Assembly: GCF_001194135.2 (NCBI RefSeq)
Contig: NC_068985.1
Location: 63,617,526 to 63,661,521, forward strand
DNA: 43,996 nucleotides
From: Octopus bimaculoides
Taxonomy: Eukaryota
Direction: 5' to 3'
In this document: positions 36,601-43,996 of the stretch, one piece after another
Numbering within the stretch: position 1 is the stretch's first letter
Layout of the letters: the number at the start of each line of letters is the position of its first letter
Position numbers and translations under genes: made by a program
Notes under the pieces: model-generated
What the model saw: only the letters and a program-made list of their open reading frames with translations
What the model was told of the DNA's origin: nothing
Databases searched by the model: none

Positions 36601-38070
36601 GGCATTATTTAGCACATAAGCCTTTGCTTTTATTGTTCTGCTTTGGAAAGCCACATTGCAATTGAATTCACCTCTAAACAATAATTTTCTTCTTGAAACA
36701 CCTCTTGCAGCTATTGTAGTTTTACTTAGTACTAGGTTATCTAACGTACTTCATGCTTTATCATTTAATATGGTTATATTGCACCCAGCATTGAGCTGTA
36801 ATCTGATGTTTGTTCCATTTATTTTCATTTTTTACAAACTTCCTAAGTATTTCATTATCCTTATCATTTTCAGACACACCATATACATTTTTATTATGCT
36901 TCCTGTATGCATCATTTTTGGATACTTTCCTTATTTTTGTGCGACAATGAGAACTTTTGTAACCTTGAAAACCATAACTGAAACATTTAACTTTTTTTAA
37001 CAGACAGTCATACTGGTTATGTATTTGACTACATCTTGTGCATCCACCTTACACTTTCTAATGTTTTTCTTTGGCCTTATAGCCTGTATGTTTGATATAT
37101 CACGTTCATGTATTCTCTCGTCATGTTTAAAATTTATTATCCATTGGCAGTTTTCTGATATCTGTTGAAGAGTAATATCCGGGTTCTGTTCCAGCTTAGT
37201 CAATATTTTTGTGTGAATTTCCGAATCTTGTTGTGCTGTTAGTCCTCAAACACTTAAGCATATCCATTGTCAAATCCTTTAATTTGAACTTTTCATATTC
37301 ACAGTTTATTATTCCAGTATATGTTATGAAGTCATTCTCTACGTTTTTCATCAAATTTAAACAGGACCATTTCGTGTTGAACAAAGATCTGTTTTCACTA
37401 AAAATTTTTGATAGTGCACTTATTGTATCTTCAAATTGTAATTCTCCAGGTTTTGGGGGTAGTATACTATTAATATACTTTCCATGTTCCACTGGGACTA
37501 ATTTTCTTAGCAAAAGTCTAGTTTTCTGGTCTTCTTTCCAGTCTGAACATTCGTTCTTGAATATTTCCTCAAAATCAACTATAATATGTGGCAAACATGA
37601 CACCTTTCTCTAGATTATATCTAAATTCATTGATGGAGCTTACCAACAAATCTGGTGTAAATGCATTTTTAGCATTTTTCATTTCCTTGAGGAGAACCTG
37701 TAAAACCTCATGTTGCTGTTTTTGCAACTCTATCACAGCTGATAGTAATTCTTCCAAGATAAACAACAAGATGATTTTTTTGTTTTCACAATCAAAAAAT
37801 ATACAATTTACAATAATTCGAGCAAGTCTCAAACATTTCTCTTTGCCAACTATTATATCATCTGTGACAATATATGATATGTGTCTGTGTAACAATATAT
37901 CACTGTACCAAATATAACCGCAATGTAATAAGAGTTGGGTATCTTATTATAACCATTCACACAATCAACTCAGAATCAATAATAAGACTAATGCTCTCAC
38001 AGTTTACCTCAACTGACTACTGGCTAATCTATTTATAGACTCATCCAGGGGGGTGTCTGTTCACTCCACA
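33643..38070 (-). mobile_element. Ty3/Gypsy LTR retrotransposon (Mag/K02A2.6-like), full structure, decayed
   Basis: LTRs 33643-33898 and 37851-38070; PBS-like ttggcaaagag and PPT aggggagaag on the minus strand. Gag DWKEDQKTRLLLRKL, RT FSKLDLSDTYLQI...YNRLPFG...AYLDID, RNaseH VASDASEYGIG...IEKEALAIIYAVKKFHKF, integrase LHIDFAGP...VSDNGTQF...PPYHPWSNDKAEWFVDTFK; multiple frameshifts. Confidence 0.95.
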
Positions 38071-38910
38071 GTACAACCACTTTACAGAGTGGACGGGATG
38101 CTTTTTACATGGCACTAGCACCAGGGAGGTCACCAAGTAGCTTGCAAGACAAAGGGCCTCAACTGAGAGAGAGAGAGAGAGTGATATTGAAGGAGGTGGC
38201 TTTGTGCCAGGTGGTGACAGGCTAAAGAACAGAAATAGGTATATTGTTGTAGAGAAGATACATGACTACCTCAGTTAGAGAGAGAGAGAGATGAAAATGT
38301 GTCAGGGTATACCCTCAAGGTACAAGGAAGTGAATGTATGTGGGGTGGTACAGGTGACTGAACAGGGTGAGTGAGAAGGGAGTTCACAAGAGTGCAAAAG
38401 AGGAGTAGGAGAGAAGGAAGGAAAAAGAGAATGCAGGGAATGGTGAACATGGGTATATAGGAGAGTGGCAAGATAGCATTGATACAGTTAGTAAAGGGAG
38501 GACAGGATAGAGAGATGACGAAGTGGTATTAGGCTGCAGGAACAGGATGGGGAAAGAAAGTAAGTGCATGATGAAATGTAGTTTGGTATATGGAGGAAAT
38601 AGTGAAGAAATGTAATGTGTGGGTGGAGAATACATCACACATAGCACTTCCAGAACTCAATTTCATTGAGGTGGGCGGGTTTTCTCAAGAGTTTCATATC
38701 ACCAAACCACTTGGTCCAGTGTCATCTCTGTGAAGCTCAACATCTTGAGATCAGCTCTTACTACTTCATTCCATGTCTTCCTGGGTCTCCCTCTTCCATA
38801 GGTTCCATTCATTTTTAAGCAATCAGCACTTCTTTATACAACTGTCTTCATTCATATTCATCACATGACCAAACCATCGTAATCTTCTCTCTTGTATGCT
38901 ATATCTGATT
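38071..38910 (-). mobile_element. RTE LINE RT C-terminus and 3' UTR
   Basis: Minus strand RRLRWFGHVMNMNEDSCIKKC...GRGRPRKTWNEVVRADL at about 38740-38890, homologous to 19650-19830. Confidence 0.8.
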
Positions 38911-39368
38911 CCTTGCACATCCTTGCAGAACACTTTAAAAATATTTATCTATGTCTTGAGAGATAAACAGCCATTAGTGCAGTTGTAAAGTGGGACAGTA
39001 GAGCAGAGAATATCAAGGTAAGGAACGATTTTCTATACTGACGATAAAGACCTGCATGGGTCAACAGAGGAAAGGCAAGATATACAAATGAGGTGGGGAC
39101 AGAAAGGGAGTTTCCAAAACATTTATAAGGTCAACAAATATGATGAGTTCTTTCTGTTGATCACATCATGCATGTTAAAGAAAATAAAGTACTAGAATTT
39201 GAACTCAGAACATAAAGACAGATGAAATGTTGTTAAGCATTTTACCCAACATGCTAATGATTCTGCTAGCTCATTGCCTTAAGCTAAGGAAATATTGGAA
39301 CATGAAAACAAATTTGGTGATACTAGAGTCATTATATAGAAACCAATAGTAAAATAGTGAATACTTAC

Positions 39369-39449
39369 CGTGATTGGCGATAACAACGAGAAAATTTACG
39401 TATGCTTTCATCAGTGACTGAATGTGGAACAATTAGGAGAGCAGGATAA
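39369..39449 (-). CDS. SBF2: SBF1/SBF2 coding exon B
   Basis: ttcttcaacag|TTATCCTGCT...CAATCACG|gtaagt. Translates (S)YPALLIVPHSVTDESIRKFSRCYRQS(R), cf. SBF1 [28 protein letters not shown]. 81 nt, phase 2/2, in frame with both neighbours. Too short for the ORF track. Confidence 0.93.
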
Positions 39450-39574
39450 CTGTTGAAGAAAGGAAGAGAGAGAGAGTAATTCTAGAATTAGTTTAATAGA
39501 AGACAATGGAAACAGAACTGTCAGTAATGTTCTTTCTCACCCCAACCTCACTGTCATCACTGCAATATATATCA

Positions 39575-39960
39575 TCATTATCATCATTCTTATTTTACAT
39601 CCTTCTTTTATGCTGGTATGGGTTGGAAGGTTCAACAGGATTCAATGAAATAGAAGACGATGCTGAGCTCCAATGTTTACTTTGGCATGGCTTTTATGAA
39701 CAGATGCCCTTCCCAATGCCAAGCACTTTACAGAGTGTACTGGATTCAATTTTTTGTGACACTAGAACTAGTGAAGTCATCATGTAACTACCAAGACTAC
39801 AAGCTCCACTGGACAGAGTGGGAGTACAGCAGTGAAAAAAGTGACTGCTGAGAGGCTAAACTATGACAGAGGACAGGAACAAAGGTCATGTTATAGAGGA
39901 TAAATATGGTTACACTGCATTACGTAAGGGTGGAGGAGAATAGCTGGAAAGGAGACAAAG
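39575..39960 (-). mobile_element. RTE LINE 3' UTR/tail fragment
   Basis: (cat)n...tatgctggtatgggttgga...gatgcccttcccaatgccaagcactttacagagtgtactgg, similar to 19219-19400 and 33500-33640. Confidence 0.7.
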
Positions 39961-40071
39961 ATGGTAATGATGAATTTTCTTGTCTCTGAAAGTTATAATT
40001 TTATCAATAAACAAATTAGTTAGCTTTATTCAAAATGATAGATTATAAATAGAGATGGTAGATGAGCTTAC

Positions 40072-40261
40072 CTTCGACAAACAGAGTAGTTGGAATTGAC
40101 ATCAGTTATTCGGAACTGGTCATTTCGTGTTCTTGAACCAGAGTTTGGAAGACTGCCAATACCAAGCCTCACATAATCTTGATAACCAGGGCGTTCCATA
40201 AGTTTTTCTAAACTCTTAGCATCAGCAGACCATTGCATTGAGTATTCAGCCTCATCTATAA
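40072..40261 (-). CDS. SBF2: SBF1/SBF2 (MTMR5/MTMR13) myotubularin-related pseudophosphatase, internal coding exon A
   Basis: Minus strand: ctcctgacag|TTATAGATGAG...TGTCGAAG|gtaagc. Translates VIDEAEYSMQWSADAKSLEKLMERPGYQDYVRLGIGSLPNSGSRTRNDQFRITDVNSNYSVCR(S), matching the recalled SBF segment DYQRLGLGTL...FRIS.VN.MY..CRSYP at the start of the myotubularin domain. 190 nt, phase 1 in, phase 2 out. Confidence 0.92.
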
Positions 40262-41077
40262 CTGTCAGGAGCAAGACTATGATTAATAACAGCAACAATA
40301 ACAATTATGAACACAAAACTACAATATTACATAAAAGATTCTCATTTTCTCATTTCTGAAGACCAATATTAGAATGGATATGATGAACCTAATAGTTTGA
40401 TATAAATGAGAAGAGAAACAATTAACCAGTTGAAGCTGGGATATGTTTCATCAAATTTGGGAGGCTCAAAGATGGCATAACATTTACAGAATTTGAACTC
40501 ACAGGGTAGAGAGACAATACAAATTACAAACATTTGTCCAAACACACAAGTCTGTTTCACATACACTGCATTAGTCTCTATAATAAAAATTGCTTTAAAT
40601 TTTGGCACACAGCCAGCAATTTTAGTGGGAGGGTGTTAACTGATTAAATCAAATCTAAAGCTTGACTGGTATTTATTTTATCAATCCCAAAAGGATAACA
40701 AAGGCAGTTGACCATGGCAGGATTTGAACTCAGAATGTAAAGAACTGGAAGAAATGCTGTTAAGCATTTTGTCTGATGCACTGATGACTCTGCCAGTGCA
40801 CAGCCTTAATAATTCTTTCTACTACAAGCACAAGGCCTAAAATTGAAGGGGAAAGGGATACTCAACAGGGGGAAGGGGAGAGTCAATCACATTGACCATA
40901 GTGTTCAACTGGTACTTATTTTATAGATCCTGCAAAGATTAAAAGACAAAATCAACTTCAGCAGAATTTTGAACTCAGAATGTAAAGCTAGAAGAAATGC
41001 TGTTAGGCATTTTCTCTGGCATGCAAACAATTCTGCCAGCTTGCTACCTTATTATTATTATTATTATTATTATTATA

Positions 41078-41109
<32 letters not shown>

Positions 41110-41553
41110 TAATAATAATAATAATTTCAGAGTTTAGCACAAGGCCAGAAACTTCAAGAGAGGAGGTAAGTCAAATACATTAACCCCAGTCCTCAACTCA
41201 ACTGGTACTTATTTTATCATCTCCAAAAGGATGAAAGGCAAAGTCAACCTCAGTGGAATTTGAACTCAGAATGTAATAAGAAGAAATGTAGCTAAGAGTT
41301 TTGTCTGGCATCATTCTGTCCCACCACCATCATCATCATCATCATTATTATTAGAGCTGGCAGAATTGTTAGCACACCAGACAAAATGCTTAGCAGTATT
41401 TCATCTGTCACTACATTCTGAGTTCAAATTTGCCTTTCATCTTTTAGAATCAATAAATTAAGTACCAGTGAAACACTGGGGATCAATGTAATTGACTGGC
41501 TCCCTCCCTGCAAATTTCGGGCTTTGTACCTTTAGCAGAAAGGATTATTGTTG

Positions 41554-41602
<49 letters not shown>

Positions 41603-43644
41603 CATTGTTATTAACAACAACAACAACAATAATGATGATGGTTTCTAATTTAGGCAAAAGGCTAGCAATTTTGAAATGAAGAGGTTAGCTGATACCATTA
41701 AACACAGTAGTTGACCAGTACTTCATTTTATCAAACTTTGGTGAGAGAAAAGGTAAAGTTGGCCTTGGTGGATTCATAACTAAATACTGCAAGGCAATTT
41801 GTCCAACTGTTTAACCATTCTGTCAGCTTGCCATTTTAATAACAGCAATGATAATAATAGTAGCATAAATAATAATAATAATATCAACTAATTTCTAGAG
41901 AAATATAAAATAAGAATATAATTTGCATACTAATTAATCCAAGTAGATTAACCATTCTCATATTCATACTGGACAGCTGCCTTTCTAACACATTTAAACT
42001 GACAATTATTTAACTCAAACCAACTTCAAATTTTACATTTTTCATTAGTTGCAGACATTCTGACATCAGTGCTTATAGTAAAGGCTTCTTTAAACGTGTA
42101 CAACATTCATATACACAGACATGTGTCTCATACAAGTGCATACTCATGAACATCATACATGCATATATGCAAATACATCATACATGTATGTGCATACATA
42201 CACATATGTACATCATATATACCTATACACACACATGCACAGTTAGACAAACAAATGCATAAATACACATATACATATGCATGTATACATACACAGATAC
42301 TCATGTATACATGTTTAATTTGTCTCTATTCCTCCAGGATTATCCAATAATCTTTGGCTAGAGTTGGCGTTATCACTGAAAATTAATGCTAATGCTAATT
42401 AGATTGCTCATTAAAAGAAATATAACAAGTTTTGTTTCAAACATTTGATTCTTATATCAACAAATACTAATAAGATTAGCTTCAAATTTTAGCACAAGGC
42501 CATCAATTTCAAGGGAGGAAGTAAGTCGATTACATCAATCCCAGTGCTTAACTAGTACTTACTTTATTTGATCCTGTAAGGATGAAAGGCAAAGTCAACC
42601 CTGGTGGAATTTGAATTCTGAACATAAAGACAGACAAAATGCAGCTAAGCATTTTGCCCAGTGTGCTAATGATTCTGCCAGCTTACTGCCTTACAAATAA
42701 TAATATTAATTTACAATGATTTAATTTTTCTAAAACCATTTTAAAGTTAACTGAAAGTCTAATTTGGAGAGAGTTACAATAACAGATTAAAATGTAAACT
42801 TGTCTCAATCTCATTATAGTTATGCACAAAAAACTAATGACTTCATTAAATATTATATGCATTGGTAAAGATATACACTGAATATTTCACAGAAAAATTG
42901 AAGCAAGGTAAGAACCTGGTTTCACTTCAACTGGTCTTAAACCTAATTTTTCATGGGATAATTCTACATTGATCTTCAATTCCCCCAAGTACAACATGAG
43001 AGAATTATAGGATTTGTCTTAAACAATGATTAAACAACAATAACAAATAGCAACAATGTAATGTTTGTAACTAAAGGTAAAAGCACAACATAAACTTTAA
43101 CTCCAGTTTTGGGAAGCAGCAGAAACAACAACAACAAACAAATAAGAAGCCCTGCATACATTATCAGCACTATGCTTTACGATAGCTTTGTTAAAAATCC
43201 TGATTGGCAGACAACACACTGACAAAGTGAATAAGCTAACTGTTGTTACTGTATGGAAATATAAGCAGAAAGAGCTAAAATAGTCTCTGAAAATTTTGTC
43301 ATAAAATGTCCAACATCCATACAATGGCCATAGATTTCTTTAAAGAACAAGAGAAAGTACCTTAAGTTCTCTCATGCAGTTTGTGAAACCATATTAAGGA
43401 TGAAAGGGATTAATGATAAGGACAAGAAATATAATAAAAAATAATAATAGTAATGGTTAAGACAAGAAACAAGGTGTTTAAACAGAAATTATGCAGAATA
43501 TTATCCTTTAGGATGTGGTTTTGTTTTTTTTACTAAAGAACAGACTTCCAAAATATGAGATGCTGACAGAAAGGACTACAGAATCCAATTAAAAAATTAT
43601 CTTAAAAATGATAGCAAAATAGAGAGACACTCAATATCTGTTTA

Positions 43645-43996
43645 TCTATATATATAAAAATGAGAATGTGTGTCTGTCTGTCTGTCTGTGTGAATCCCTA
43701 AAACTCAAGAACTACGCAATCAATTTCATTCAAATTTTACACATGCCTTACTTAGGGTTCCAGTTGTGTTTTAGTCAAAAAAAATGTTTAACTTCTTGCA
43801 GAGTTCGAGCACACGGCAACATAATATCTCTTCCACTATTTAAGTATTACGTGTCAAAAGTGAAACAAAAACACTCATGTCAAATACTTTCACTTTAAAA
43901 ATGAAACTATTCCACTAACTGAAACAATCACATTTCGATACTGTAATGACAGATACTTTCAGAGAAAGAGACAGAAAGAGAGAGACAGAAAGAGAG
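43645..43996 (+). mobile_element. Helitron-like non-autonomous element, 5' portion running off the window
   Basis: A|TCtatatatataaaaatgagaatgtgtgtctgtctgtctgtctgt, a typical Helitron-N 5' terminus. Confidence 0.6.

Larger units (their letters stand above)
39194..42692. mobile_element. cluster of seven SINE family A copies around SBF exons A and B
   Basis: Approximate copies: 39194-39281(-, 5' part), 40590-40807(-), 40822-41050(-), 41126-41325(-), 41352-41545(+), 41640-41836(-), 42481-42692(-). Most show gaatttgaactcagaa...aagcatttt...ttctgccagct or its reverse complement. Confidence 0.85.

Noticed and set aside
43097-43324. Possible upstream SBF exon (acceptor-like tttccatacag near 43250 on the minus strand)
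   Set aside because: No SBF similarity and no convincing phase-1 donor.

Overview
AT-rich, microsatellite-dense eukaryotic genomic DNA with four assembly gaps. The repeat complement looks like Octopus/coleoid cephalopod (recognised from memory, not searched). The window is mostly intron of a minus-strand SBF1/SBF2 (MTMR5/MTMR13) myotubularin pseudophosphatase gene. Four coding exons (40072-40261, 39369-39449, 32467-32579, 18833-19087) join in frame with canonical GT-AG sites, and three short candidate exons may follow. The introns hold decayed mobile elements: four Tc1/mariner elements from three families (DD37D, DD34D x2, probable DD36E), a Ty3/Gypsy LTR element nested in an RTE tail, RTE LINEs, Helitron pieces (one nested in a mariner end) and at least four SINE families. 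The most striking signal unexplained by ORFs is nine type-I hammerhead-ribozyme-like motifs from six unrelated sequence families. Most sit in inverted or direct terminal repeats typical of Penelope-like element pLTRs/retrozymes, and several form long fold-back hairpins inside the SBF pre-mRNA.
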